Assembly: GCA_029945665.1 (NCBI GenBank)
Contig: JAQSCZ010000122.1
Location: 1,868-65,867 of the forward strand
Length of the DNA: 64,000 nt
Direction of reading: 5' to 3'
Origin: a bacterium
GTDB lineage: Bacteria; Bacteroidota; Bacteroidia; NS11-12g; UBA955
Positions 50,512 through 60,815 of this stretch are shown here, in pieces; the first letter of the stretch is position 1, and each line of letters opens with the position of its first letter. The notes under the pieces were generated by a model. It made no database searches, was not told the DNA's origin, and saw only the letters and a list, made by a program, of their open reading frames with translations. The translations under genes were made by a program, and so were the position numbers.

Positions 50512-51624
50512 TTGAAATTATTACTTTACATACTGTCCTTATTATTGATAGGCAACCTACATGGGCAGGCAATGGCTTTGAAAGTTGTAGATGTGCAACA
50601 ATCTAAATGCGAGCAATTAGAACAAGGTTGCCGATTGCAAAAACGAATTGTTAGCCAAACCTTAATTGGAGACACTTTGAGCACCAACATAGGTATAAGA
50701 TCTAATTGTGGAGGTATATGCGAAGTAGAAGCCTTTGTAAACAAGGATACTTTAAAGATTTATTACCATGAAGGCACAATAAATCGCGATACCATATCTG
50801 ATACTGTAATTTTAATAACAAAAAGTATTGCACGGTGTAAATGCTGTTTCGAATTTAATTTTAAAACAAAAGGACTAAGTGAAATCCCCACGGTAACCAC
50901 CATTAATGATTCAATTTTTAACTATTACCCCAATAAATACAAATTGTTTAAAGTGAATTTCGATTTGCTTAATAAAGATACCGTGAATTATACCGATCTA
51001 TATGGTAGAAAGCAAGGCAAATGGTTAAAGCAAGAAGACGATTCAGATTACATAAACCTTGATAGTAATACCTATATTGCTTATTATAGAGACAACTACC
51101 TAAAGTCTTCTATATATAAAGAGTTTTATAAGAATGGTGTACTAAAATTGGAATACAAAGTAAACAATTTTAACGAGCAAAATGAAACTGAATATTATGA
51201 AAATGGAGATGTAAAGAACCAATATATCAGTTTTGGACAAGGGAGCACTGTCAGTTATGATTTTTACACAAATCAACAAATTGAGCGTATAAGTTACGAA
51301 ACCCAAGGCTTCAAAGAAACCACTACTTTTTATGAAAATGGAGGAATTAAAAGCATTAAAAGCAAATTAATAAACAAGGATTTCTATAGCACTGGTATGC
51401 TTAAAAAAGAAATATTTGGAAACAATGCCCCTAACCATATAAATGCCAAATACTATTACGACAATGGATTGCCAATGGCCATAAAAACTATAAAACCGCA
51501 CAAAGGCAAACCCATTGTAAAATGGAAATGCTACGATAAGCAGGGCAATAGGGTGCCTAGGGAAGCTTTAATAAAGCGAGGGTTTAAATTGCTGGAGGAA
51601 AATTCTGTCTATCTGTATTTCTAA
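50512..51624 (+). CDS. Secreted MORN-variant/YwqK-family repeat protein with Cys-rich N-terminal domain
   Basis: Signal peptide. N-terminal Cys cluster (CEQLEQGC...NCGGIC...RCKCC). C-terminal repeats of the Y-x-NG-x-(L/V)-K type. Confidence 0.45.
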   Translation: MKLLLYILSLLLIGNLHGQAMALKVVDVQQSKCEQLEQGCRLQKRIVSQTLIGDTLSTNIGIRSNCGGICEVEAFVNKDTLKIYYHEGTINRDTISDTVILITKSIARCKCCFEFNFKTKGLSEIPTVTTINDSIFNYYPNKYKLFKVNFDLLNKDTVNYTDLYGRKQGKWLKQEDDSDYINLDSNTYIAYYRDNYLKSSIYKEFYKNGVLKLEYKVNNFNEQNETEYYENGDVKNQYISFGQGSTVSYDFYTNQQIERISYETQGFKETTTFYENGGIKSIKSKLINKDFYSTGMLKKEIFGNNAPNHINAKYYYDNGLPMAIKTIKPHKGKPIVKWKCYDKQGNRVPREALIKRGFKLLEENSVYLYF

Positions 51625-51650
51625 GTGTTACAATTTCATTATTCATACAA

Positions 51651-52094
51651 ATGGACATTAAAGACAAAAACACGTTAGCAATTGGACTTGGACTGACTTT
51701 GGTGACAGTTAGTAATATTATTGGACACTTTGCTGGACCATTTTCTATTTTGGCAACACCAATTCTTTTGACAATAATTATTGCAGGAATAAACTCTCAA
51801 CTATATAAGTCAAATTTTATATTAACAATAGTATATAACTTCGGACTGTTGCTATTGAATGATTTATTGATACGACTTTATGCAGGAGGAACGCATGACC
51901 AAGTTGGAAAGGCTTTGATTTCGCTGTTTTTTATTGTGGCATTTGTATTGGCGCTTATAACAATGGCCATTTATTGCTTTATATCTTTTGACGAAAAATC
52001 AAGGACGAAAAAAATATTAACCAATCTTTTTATTATACTAATTCTAGCAAGCACAACTGGTCTCATTTATGCTTCTGCGCTCTCCAATTTATAA
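51651..52094 (+). CDS. Small hypothetical membrane protein (4 TM)
   Basis: Hydrophobicity only. Confidence 0.35.
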   Translation: MDIKDKNTLAIGLGLTLVTVSNIIGHFAGPFSILATPILLTIIIAGINSQLYKSNFILTIVYNFGLLLLNDLLIRLYAGGTHDQVGKALISLFFIVAFVLALITMAIYCFISFDEKSRTKKILTNLFIILILASTTGLIYASALSNL

Positions 52095-52416
52095 GACATA
52101 AGGTGAAATAAAGCCTGCTATGAGATAAAATTTCCAAATTCTAGGCTTTGTTATTTCGTTAAAAATATCTTGATTTTAAAAACACCATAAAATCAAAGCA
52201 TCAGAATACCCTTTATTCTGCCAGGCTGAGTTTATCGAGGCTTAACTGATACCTAACAAAATCGCCTAAAATCTGCTTTTTGGTTATCTATCTGCCCTCT
52301 TCCTTTAATCTAAAAAACTAAACATGCGAAATATGTAACTTTATTGAAAAATTATGTAATGCATACAAAAATTGAAAAATGCAGCTTTGCAAGCTATCAA
52401 TTCACTAACAATCAAA

Positions 52417-52824
52417 ATGAAAAATATTAAATATACGCTTTTTGTGGCAATTGCCATATTCACGACTTCCTGTGCTTCAAGTATAAAATTCCCCGTTTCA
52501 ACTATCACACCAGCAGCAGAAATAACTGCGGCCATGAAACAGGATAAAAACAAAAACTACGTGATAGAAGTTAACGCAGTTAATCTGGCAAGTCCTGATA
52601 GACTTAATCCTCCAAAAAAAACCTATGTGGTTTGGATTACAACCGCAGACAATGGCACTAAGAATATTGGCCAAATGGTTATTAAAAACGCTCAAAAATC
52701 TTATCTAAAAACAAGCACACCTTTTAAAGCTTTAGAAATATTTATTACCGCAGAGGATCAAGGCGATATTTCGTATCCTTCGGGAGTTGAGATATCTAGA
52801 ACAATTGTTTCAAGTAAGAAATAA
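52417..52824 (+). CDS. Hypothetical lipoprotein
   Basis: ATG at 52417 gives MKNIKYTLFVAIAIFTTSCASS. In frame with the longer track ORF starting at 52372. Confidence 0.4.
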   Translation: MKNIKYTLFVAIAIFTTSCASSIKFPVSTITPAAEITAAMKQDKNKNYVIEVNAVNLASPDRLNPPKKTYVVWITTADNGTKNIGQMVIKNAQKSYLKTSTPFKALEIFITAEDQGDISYPSGVEISRTIVSSKK

Positions 52825-52879
52825 ATTGACTTTTTAATAGTTTCTTAGCATTCCTTGTTGTTTCATCAAGGAATTGTAA

Positions 52880-54295
52880 TTACCACTTAACCTTATACCC
52901 TTTTTTAACTCGCACACCAGTATAGGGCAATACACACCTAAAACCTAATAATGGCAAGGCTTTACTCTGTTCTAGTTGTGATACCTTGTGAGTGGTATTT
53001 TTATAATTGGAGGCTAAGTATTTGCGTTTCATATTGGTATTATCGCTTACAAACCTACTGGCCCATTTTTCATTTAATGAATCTTTGGTAATCATTTCAG
53101 GATAAATACCTTGGCTATTCAAATATACTTTGAAATTATTTTTATAAAATTGGGCATATTGCGTAAAATGCTTGTAATAAACCTTTTTCAAAATACTATC
53201 CATATACTTTTCTTTTTGATGATAAAAGGGATTTGGAAAAAAGACTTTGTATAATTGATAATCAAACAATCTTGGATTTGTTAGGTATATTGGTTCATTA
53301 AGAGCCGATACTTGAACGAATCTATATTTTAAACGCCCAATACTGTCTTTTTCTTCTATCTAGCCATATTGATCTAATGGATTTGAATACATAAAACTAT
53401 ACCATCCATTGATTAGCAAAACATCGTATTCCGCTATCCCTGTGCCTTGCCGATAGTTTTCTAAATCGAGCAGCCATTCTGAAACACCACTGTAAAAATT
53501 GAAACCTATTTTTTCGAAATTAGAAGATTGTTTAGTTTTATACGAATTTACAAGTTGATAATAAAGCATCCATTTATCAAGAAAATCAGATTGATTGAGG
53601 GAGTTCGTAATAGTTTTTGAGTTTTGTAAATCATTAGTGTAGGAGGCTGCCAAATTCCATTCTGCTTCTGTTGGCAGGCGGTATTGCGGAAAAAGTATAC
53701 CATCCTCTACTTTTACATATTCTTTAGATTTTTGTTCTCTACCTTTAATAAAATTATTAAAATTATTTCCTTTTTCAGGCAAATAAACTTCATTCAAATA
53801 GGACTCGGTATTAAAATTATGATCATCAGTTGTTTTACTCATATCAATATTAATAATTTCAGTTTTATCTAAAATCATTTCATTTAGGCGGTCTGTTTTC
53901 CATTCCAAATAAGATTTAACTTGAAACCATGTTACACCAGTAACAGGATACCACATAAAGGCTGGATGGTTGTTGTAATCTTGAATCATAGGGTCGTTAT
54001 ATTGCAACCATAAACCGCCTACTGTATCTTTGGGATAGGCCTGCTTATAAACCTCCGGATAGCTTTGGAAAACATTTTTTAACCACAGGATATAGGTTTT
54101 ATAATGAATATTGGATTCTTCGGTAACGCTTATGTAATAAGGCAACAAAGTATCGGATTGAACCAGCACCATACCTTGTGGCGCAGTTTGAGTTAATTGT
54201 TCATTGAAAGTAGTATGAAGATTTGTTGAACTTTGTAATAAAAACCAAAACCCTACCAAAGAAACTAGCATGCCAAATAAAATTGTCCTTTTCAT
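52880..54295 (-). pseudogene. SUMF1/FGE-sulfatase family (GldJ/GldK-like) secreted protein interrupted by a single in-frame TAG
   Basis: Two track ORFs (53360..54295 and 52880..53269) lie in the same frame, separated only by a TAG at 53360-53362. Reading through gives ...PLDQYG*IEEKDSIGRLKYRF... The N-terminal part has the FGE motif 'YRLPTEAEWNLAAS' and the C-terminal part ends in 'LGFRCVLPY'. Confidence 0.6.
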
Positions 54296-54354
54296 CTTTA
54301 ATTAGATTGTAAACAAATATATAGCAATTATAGCCAAAGGTAAACTAAAATACC

Positions 54355-54957
54355 TCACAACAACTCCAACTGTCTTGGCAATAATGCAAAACTCATGCGG
54401 TGGTGGGCATTGGCACCATATAAGCGTATGGCATCACGGTGTTTTAGGGTACCATAGCCTTTGTTCTGTTGCCAATGGTATTCAGGAAAATCCAAAGCCA
54501 ATTTTTCCATGTAGGCATCACGGTGGGTTTTAGCCAATATGGAGGCTGCCGCTATGCTCTTCAATTTACCATCGCCTTTTACAACCGTGGTATAAGGTAT
54601 ATTTTTATAGGGTTTAAAACGGTTGCCATCTACTAAAATATGGTCAAAGCTTTCTGTAAGTGCATCGAGGGCCAAGTGCATGGCTTTAATAGAGGCATTC
54701 AGAATATTAATCTTGTCTATTTCCAGAGGCGAAAGGGTGGCCACGGCCCATATACATTGCTCCTCGATTAATGGGCGCAATAATTGCCTCTGCTTTTCGC
54801 TAAGTTGTTTAGAGTCGTGTTAGACATTCAAGCCTTGCAATTCCACTCCGTTGGGAATAATAACTGCTGCTGCAAATACTGGTCCTGCCAAACAACCTCG
54901 GCCCGCTTCATCGCAACCGGCTTCAATTCGATTGGGTAGAAGGAAATCAGTTAGCAT
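54355..54957 (-). pseudogene. rnhB: Ribonuclease HII interrupted by an in-frame 9-nt insertion containing TAA
   Basis: Manual translation from the ATG at 54957 gives [59 protein letters not shown], followed by the track ORF (TTG start) 54355..54780. The conserved GLNDSKxLS motif is split by GTC-TAA-CAC (TAA at 54820-54822). Confidence 0.7.
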
Positions 54958-55026
54958 ATTATTAAAAACAATTTGTTGGGACATGATATATCATGTCTCA
55001 ACAAAATCGTAAAAATTGCAATATTA

Positions 55027-55572
55027 TTACATAAACGCAGAAGCCGTTGCTATCGTTGTAGCATCATAATCTTGCACACTAGCGCCATTTCTGATTATTG
55101 TTAGCGTCTCGATTTTATCGCCTTCTTTTATAGCATCTACTACAGATTGACCATCGATAACACGACCGAATACAGTGTGCTTGCCATCTAGCCAAGGTGT
55201 GGCAATATGGGTAATAAAAAATTGACTGCCATTAGAAGCAGGACCAGCATTGGCCATACTTAAAATACCCGGTCCATTGTGGGTTAAACTATTGTCAAAC
55301 TCATCTTTAAAACGGTAACCTGGTCCGCCACGGCCATCGCCACCTGGATCACCACCCTGTATCATAAAATCAGGAATAACGCGGTGAAAAGTTAAGCCAT
55401 TGTAGTAAGCATCGCCTGGAGGCGTCGCTTTGTTTGGCAATTTACCCTCTGCCAAACCAACAAAGTTGGCGACGGTTAAAGGGGTTTTTGTGTGTTCTAA
55501 AAAAAGGATGATGTTTCCTTTGTTGGTAAGCATTTCTGCGTACAAGCCTTCTGGTAATTGTGAGTAGTCCAT
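55027..55572 (-). CDS. Cyclophilin-type peptidyl-prolyl cis-trans isomerase
   Basis: '[15 protein letters not shown]', '[17 protein letters not shown]'. Confidence 0.9.
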   Translation of the reverse strand: MDYSQLPEGLYAEMLTNKGNIILFLEHTKTPLTVANFVGLAEGKLPNKATPPGDAYYNGLTFHRVIPDFMIQGGDPGGDGRGGPGYRFKDEFDNSLTHNGPGILSMANAGPASNGSQFFITHIATPWLDGKHTVFGRVIDGQSVVDAIKEGDKIETLTIIRNGASVQDYDATTIATASAFM

Positions 55573-55574
55573 TG

Positions 55575-56180
55575 TTATTTTTTTCCGAATAAATTTGATA
55601 TGATATTTAAAATGCCGCCGCCGCTTTGTGCAGTTTGGGTTTGATTGGTATTATTTGATGTTTCTGTAGCACCTGTGAACATGCCAATGATATTACTGAT
55701 ATCTAGTCCACCAGCACCACCTGTAAATTTACCTATTAAATCTGAAATACCTCCAGAATCAGAAACACCTGTTTGTTGTTTTTGTTTGCCTAAATAACCC
55801 ATTATTACAGGGGCTATCAAGGGTAATAACTTAGAAATACTACTAGCATCTGCTCCACTATTGGCGGCCAATGCATTTTCCACCTGACCTTTGTTATCGC
55901 CTAATAAATGTTTAAGAATACCTTCACCTTGGGAATTGCCTCCACCTTGAAAGAATCCCATCACATCATCTAACACACTACCGTCGTGGTCGCGATCAAG
56001 GGCAGCCATCAAGCCATTTGCTCCACCATTGCTTACGTTGTTCTGTATGGCACTAAAAAGAGTCGGAACAGCTTGCTGTAAGGCGGCTGTCGTTTGACCT
56101 TTATCGGCTCCAATTTGTTGACTTAATGAATTAATTTCACTGTCACCAAATAGGTTCATTAGTTGATTTAAATCGCTCAT
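55575..56180 (-). CDS. Gly/Ser-rich DUF937-like protein
   Basis: Low-complexity G/S/Q-rich with 'LLGG'-type repeats. Function unknown. Confidence 0.4.
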   Translation of the reverse strand: MSDLNQLMNLFGDSEINSLSQQIGADKGQTTAALQQAVPTLFSAIQNNVSNGGANGLMAALDRDHDGSVLDDVMGFFQGGGNSQGEGILKHLLGDNKGQVENALAANSGADASSISKLLPLIAPVIMGYLGKQKQQTGVSDSGGISDLIGKFTGGAGGLDISNIIGMFTGATETSNNTNQTQTAQSGGGILNIISNLFGKK

Positions 56181-56312
56181 TTTTTATATTTGTATGTTAA
56201 GGCACAAAAATAATTTAAATTAGACAAAATGGGGGATTATTTTATTTTAATCTCAACCTAAATTTTCCGTAACATTGCAATTGCATTATTTAACCCTCCT
56301 TTAACCTCAAAA

Positions 56313-58358
56313 ATGGTTACCAAAGATATTCTATTAAAAGCATACACCCTCATGTGCAAAGCCAGAGCCATGGCTGCTATATACGAAGAAAACAGACCGA
56401 TTACAAAGTATGTTCACTCTACCAGTAAAGGCCACGAAGCCATTCAAATAGCAGCAGGTTTTTTACTAAAATCAATTGATTACGCTGCACCATATTACCG
56501 AGATGAGAGCATGTTGCTAAGCATGGGCATGCAACCTTATGAGCTTATGTTGCAATTATTAGCCAAGGCTGATGACCCTTTTAGCGGAGGCAGAACCTAT
56601 TATTCGCACCCATCTTTAAAAAGAGACAATATGCCTAAAATGCCACATCAAAGTAGTGCTACAGGCATGCAGGCGATTCCGGCAACAGGCATGGCACATG
56701 GTATAAAGTATAAGGAGAGCCAGAATCTATTGCCTGATGGTGATAAACCTATTGTTTTGTGCAGTATTGGTGATGGCAGTATGACCGAAGGTGAAGTGAG
56801 TGAAGCATTACAAATGGCCGTTTTAAAAGAATTGCCTATTTTATACTTGGTACAAGACAATGATTGGGGAATTTCGGCCAGTGGCGATGAAATGCGAGCC
56901 ATGGATGCCTATGAATTTGCAGCAGGATTTAAAGGATTAAAGAGAGCTAAAACAGATGGAAGCGATTTTGTAGAATGTTATGATGATTTAAAATCGGCCA
57001 TTGAGTGGGTAAGAAAAAACAGAAAACCCATGTTGTTGCATGCTAAAGTACCTTTGCTAGGTCACCATACAAGTGGTGTCAGAAGTGAGTGGTATCGGGA
57101 TGATTTGGAGAAGCAATTGGCAGATGATCCATTTCCAAAATTAAAAAAGATATTACTAGATTTAGCTGAATCAGAGCTTAATCTTTTAAAAATAGAAGCA
57201 GAGTGTAAGAGAGAAATTGCGGATAGTTTTGACAGGGCTGTAAAAGCACCTGATCCAACACCAGAAAGCTTGTACTTGCATGAATTTGCACCCACTCCGG
57301 TAACCGAAGAGAAAGGGATTCGAAGTCCAGAGGGTAAGGAACCCATTGTTATGGTAGATGCTGCTCTTTTTGCATGTGACGAAATTTTAAGAAAACACCC
57401 AGAGGCCCTTTTATATGGTCAGGATGTTGGTATTCGCTTAGGTGGTGTATTTAGAGAAGCGGCTACTTTAGCAAAAAAATATAGTAAGGACAGAGTGTTT
57501 AACACCCCAATTCAAGAAGCCTATATTGTTGGATCGACAGTTGGAATGAGTGCTGTGGGTTGTAAACCAATTGTAGAAATCCAATTCGCGGATTATATAT
57601 GGCCAGGCATTAATCAATTGGTAGAAGAGGTTTCTAAAAGTTGTTATTTGTCGAATGGCAAATACCCTGTTCAAACCTTGATTAGAATTCCGACGGGCGC
57701 GTATGGTGGAGGTGGACCATACCATTCCGGTACAGTAGAAAGCAGTATACTTCAAATAAAAGGTATTAAAATTGTTTATCCAAGCAATGCAGCCGACATG
57801 AAAGGCTTGTTAAAAGCAGCTTTCTACGATCCAAATCCGGTGGTGATGTTTGAGCATAAGGGCTTGTATTGGAGTAAAGTTCCTGGAACAGATATGGCCA
57901 AATGCCCAGAACCAGATGAGGAGTATATTATTCCACTGGGCAAAGCTAGAACTGTATTGCATGCAGATGATGCGGCTGTAAAATACGGTGAATCAATGGC
58001 CATAATAACCTATGGGATGGGTGTATATTGGGCTTTAAATGCCGCCAAAAAATTTGAAGGAAAGGTAGAAATTATTGACTTAAGAACCCTTAGCCCTTGC
58101 GATGACGAAGCGATTTACAATGCCTCTAAAAAACATGGGAAAGTGCTAGTACTAACTGAAGAAACTTTACGTAATTCATTTGCTGAAGCCATTGCTGGTA
58201 GAATCCAATTTAATTGTTTCAATTATTTAGATGCGCCAGTTCAAACCATGGGATCAGCTAATTTACCTGCCATACCATTAAACATTGGATTGGAGAAAGA
58301 AATGCTGCCGAATGCCGATAAGGTCGCCGCAGTTATAGAACAAATGTTATCCTATTAA
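56313..58358 (+). CDS. Fused 2-oxoacid dehydrogenase E1 component alpha/beta subunit (TPP-dependent)
   Basis: 681 aa. The alpha part has the TPP motif 'GDGSMTEGE...', and the beta part has transketolase-like Pyr and C-terminal domains. Confidence 0.85.
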   Translation: MVTKDILLKAYTLMCKARAMAAIYEENRPITKYVHSTSKGHEAIQIAAGFLLKSIDYAAPYYRDESMLLSMGMQPYELMLQLLAKADDPFSGGRTYYSHPSLKRDNMPKMPHQSSATGMQAIPATGMAHGIKYKESQNLLPDGDKPIVLCSIGDGSMTEGEVSEALQMAVLKELPILYLVQDNDWGISASGDEMRAMDAYEFAAGFKGLKRAKTDGSDFVECYDDLKSAIEWVRKNRKPMLLHAKVPLLGHHTSGVRSEWYRDDLEKQLADDPFPKLKKILLDLAESELNLLKIEAECKREIADSFDRAVKAPDPTPESLYLHEFAPTPVTEEKGIRSPEGKEPIVMVDAALFACDEILRKHPEALLYGQDVGIRLGGVFREAATLAKKYSKDRVFNTPIQEAYIVGSTVGMSAVGCKPIVEIQFADYIWPGINQLVEEVSKSCYLSNGKYPVQTLIRIPTGAYGGGGPYHSGTVESSILQIKGIKIVYPSNAADMKGLLKAAFYDPNPVVMFEHKGLYWSKVPGTDMAKCPEPDEEYIIPLGKARTVLHADDAAVKYGESMAIITYGMGVYWALNAAKKFEGKVEIIDLRTLSPCDDEAIYNASKKHGKVLVLTEETLRNSFAEAIAGRIQFNCFNYLDAPVQTMGSANLPAIPLNIGLEKEMLPNADKVAAVIEQMLSY

Positions 58359-58379
58359 TGAGTCCTCTATTTTTTTAAA

Positions 58380-59024
58380 ATGGCCAAGAATAAGCTAAAG
58401 AAATTTAACGAATACGATACTTTTTCGAATACTTACGATGCACGGAACCAATTGAAAGGCAAATGGCACAGTGAGGTTTTTAAAAACAAAAAGCCGATCA
58501 CTTTGGAGTTAGCCTGTGGACGTGGAGAATACACTGTAGGGCTTGCACAATTATACCCAGAAAGGAATTTTATTGGTGTAGATGTTAAAGCCTCTAGAAT
58601 GTGGCAAGGGGCTAAGTTTGCCTTGGAAAATAATCTGACTAATGTGGCATTTATTCGCATTCAAATTGACTTCCTAAATGATTTTTTTGCAGATGGTGAA
58701 GTTGATGAAATATGGATTACATTTCCCGATCCACAGCCACAAAAAACAAGGATTAAACAACGTTTAACGAGTCCGAAGTTCCTAGAAAAATACGCCAATC
58801 TGTTAGGTAGGAATAAGTTCATTAATTTGAAAACAGACAGCGATTTATTATTCAAGTATACATTGGAAACATTGACTGATAAGAATGTACAAATGAATGA
58901 ATTATATTTGAATATCGACGAATTAGATGAAATGAAAGAAGAGCTAAAGATAAAAACATATTATGAAAAAATGTGGCGTGAGAAAGGGATTATAATTAAG
59001 TATCTAAAGTTTCAGTTCATCTAA
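58380..59024 (+). CDS. trmB: tRNA (guanine46-N7)-methyltransferase
   Basis: 'LELACGRGEYTVGLAQ' SAM motif, 'FPDPQPQKTR...KQRL'. Confidence 0.9.
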   Translation: MAKNKLKKFNEYDTFSNTYDARNQLKGKWHSEVFKNKKPITLELACGRGEYTVGLAQLYPERNFIGVDVKASRMWQGAKFALENNLTNVAFIRIQIDFLNDFFADGEVDEIWITFPDPQPQKTRIKQRLTSPKFLEKYANLLGRNKFINLKTDSDLLFKYTLETLTDKNVQMNELYLNIDELDEMKEELKIKTYYEKMWREKGIIIKYLKFQFI

Positions 59025-59252
59025 CAGAGTGTTGGAAGTGTTCCGCTAATTTTATTTATCTAGAATTAGCACAATTGTAATAAAACTGTCATAATACCAA
59101 GACAGTACAACCTTTTTAGTTTGGGGTGGTCTAATCTTAAAACTAAAACCTTTAAAACCATGTTTATTTATCGTTACCTTCGGAACTCTTACAATTACTT
59201 TAAAAAATTAATCATACTTTTGAGGAACATTAATTATTAATGTGCTCATCAT

Positions 59253-60803
59253 ATGAAGAAAATTTTAATGATCGCTCTCTTTGCTATAGCAATGCAAACA
59301 AGAGCACAAAAACCAACTTGGGCAGAAGATGTTGCATGCATTGTATACAGCCACTGCACTAGTTGTCACAACCCCAATGGCTCAGGTCCATTTTCTCTAT
59401 TAGATTTTAATGATGCCGTTAACCGAAGCAACAGCATTAAATTTCAGGTGAGTAACAAAACTATGCCGCCTTGGCCAGTCGATAATCATTATCGAAAAAT
59501 GGCACACGAGAGAAGTTTATCTGATGTGGAAGTGAATACCATTTTAGCCTGGATAAACAATGGCATGACCCAAGGTAATATGGCCAATGCCCCTACTCCA
59601 CCGGTGTATTCATCGGCATTGGTAATTGCCAATCCTGATCTAAAATTAAAACTACCAACTTATACCGTTCCTACCATCACACAAGATTTATATAGATGCT
59701 TTGTAATGCCTACAGGCCAATCTATTCAAAAGTTCATTACAGGAATTGAAATAATTCCTGGAAACAAAAGCATCGTTCACCATGCACAAGTATTTTACGA
59801 TACCACTGGTGCAACAACGACTTTAGATGCCAATGACCCAAATCCTGGTTATTCTTCGGCTGGAGGAGTAGGTACGGATGCCGCAGTATTATTGGGCACT
59901 TGGGTGCCAGGTGCTAGTCCTATTTTCGTGCCTGCTGGCATGGGTAAGCGCTTGCCCCCCACAGCAAAAATAGTGGTTCAAATTCATTACCCTGAATATG
60001 CAAGCGGGCAAACAGATTCAACAAAAGTGAATTTTCTGTTTACCTCAAGTAGCGTTAGAAATATTAGCGATGCGCCTATTTTAAACCATTCAACTACCAT
60101 GAAGGATGGGCCATTATTTATTCCAAAAAATACTGTTAAAACCTTTCATGAAGAATTTTTTGTGCCACTTAACGCCACCATTTTAAGCATTGGACCGCAT
60201 GGTCACTTACTCTGTAAAAGTATGAAAGCCTATGGCATTACTTTAGCTGGCGACACCATCAAATTGATAAATATTCCAAAATGGGATTTTCATTGGCAAG
60301 GTTCTTATGATTTTAAACAACCCATTAAAATTCCAATAGGTACGACACTACATGGCGAAGCTACATACGATAACACGGCTGCAAATTCAGAAAACCCAAA
60401 TGACCCACCTCAAGATGTAAGCTTAGGCGAAGCTACAACAGATGAAATGATGTTGTTTTATTTCTCTTATTTAGCCTATAAATCGGGTGATGAAAATATT
60501 GTAGTGGACACCTTTCAACATCAACCACACCATAACAATTGCACTAGTGCATATAACACCTCTATTAGTACTCTAGACATTTCAAGTGATTTAGTGTATC
60601 CGAATCCTAGTAATGGTTTATTTCATTTAAAAGTGCAAAACAATAACGCATTTGAGATAATTGTTTATAACCATTTGGGTCAAAAAGTATGGAATGGCAA
60701 AAATACCACTGAGATAGATTTATCAGCGTTTGGAAATGGTATTTACAATGTAAGTATCATTCAAAACAATAATATTTACAATAGCAAGTTAGTAAAGGAA
60801 TAA
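59253..60803 (+). CDS. Secreted c-type heme (CXXCH) + copper type II ascorbate-dependent monooxygenase-like (PHM/DBH fold) protein with T9SS type-A CTD
   Basis: Signal 'AMQTRAQ'. 'CIVYSHCTSCHNPNGSGPF' is a PSCyt1-like CXXCH (59355-59369). CuH-like H176/H177/H245 ('VHHAQVFY', 'QIHYPEY'). CuM-like 'GPHGHLLC' plus 'TTDEMMLFYFSY'. C-terminal 'VYPNPSNGLFHL...IIVYNHLGQKV...NGIYNVSII'. Confidence 0.6.
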   Translation: MKKILMIALFAIAMQTRAQKPTWAEDVACIVYSHCTSCHNPNGSGPFSLLDFNDAVNRSNSIKFQVSNKTMPPWPVDNHYRKMAHERSLSDVEVNTILAWINNGMTQGNMANAPTPPVYSSALVIANPDLKLKLPTYTVPTITQDLYRCFVMPTGQSIQKFITGIEIIPGNKSIVHHAQVFYDTTGATTTLDANDPNPGYSSAGGVGTDAAVLLGTWVPGASPIFVPAGMGKRLPPTAKIVVQIHYPEYASGQTDSTKVNFLFTSSSVRNISDAPILNHSTTMKDGPLFIPKNTVKTFHEEFFVPLNATILSIGPHGHLLCKSMKAYGITLAGDTIKLINIPKWDFHWQGSYDFKQPIKIPIGTTLHGEATYDNTAANSENPNDPPQDVSLGEATTDEMMLFYFSYLAYKSGDENIVVDTFQHQPHHNNCTSAYNTSISTLDISSDLVYPNPSNGLFHLKVQNNNAFEIIVYNHLGQKVWNGKNTTEIDLSAFGNGIYNVSIIQNNNIYNSKLVKE

Positions 60804-60815
60804 AGTCCTTATTAA

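Noticed and set aside
53360-54822. Possibility of genome-wide stop-codon reassignment or suppression (alternative genetic code).
   Set aside because: Only two genes in 64 kb show in-frame stops, and they use different stops (TAG and TAA). All other conserved genes, about 55 of them, terminate normally and have the expected lengths.
59024-59253. Weak hairpin ACTGTC-ataataccaa-GACAGT after trmB as a terminator.
   Set aside because: The stem is only 6 bp with a 10-nt loop and no convincing T-tract. At best it is a weak terminator.
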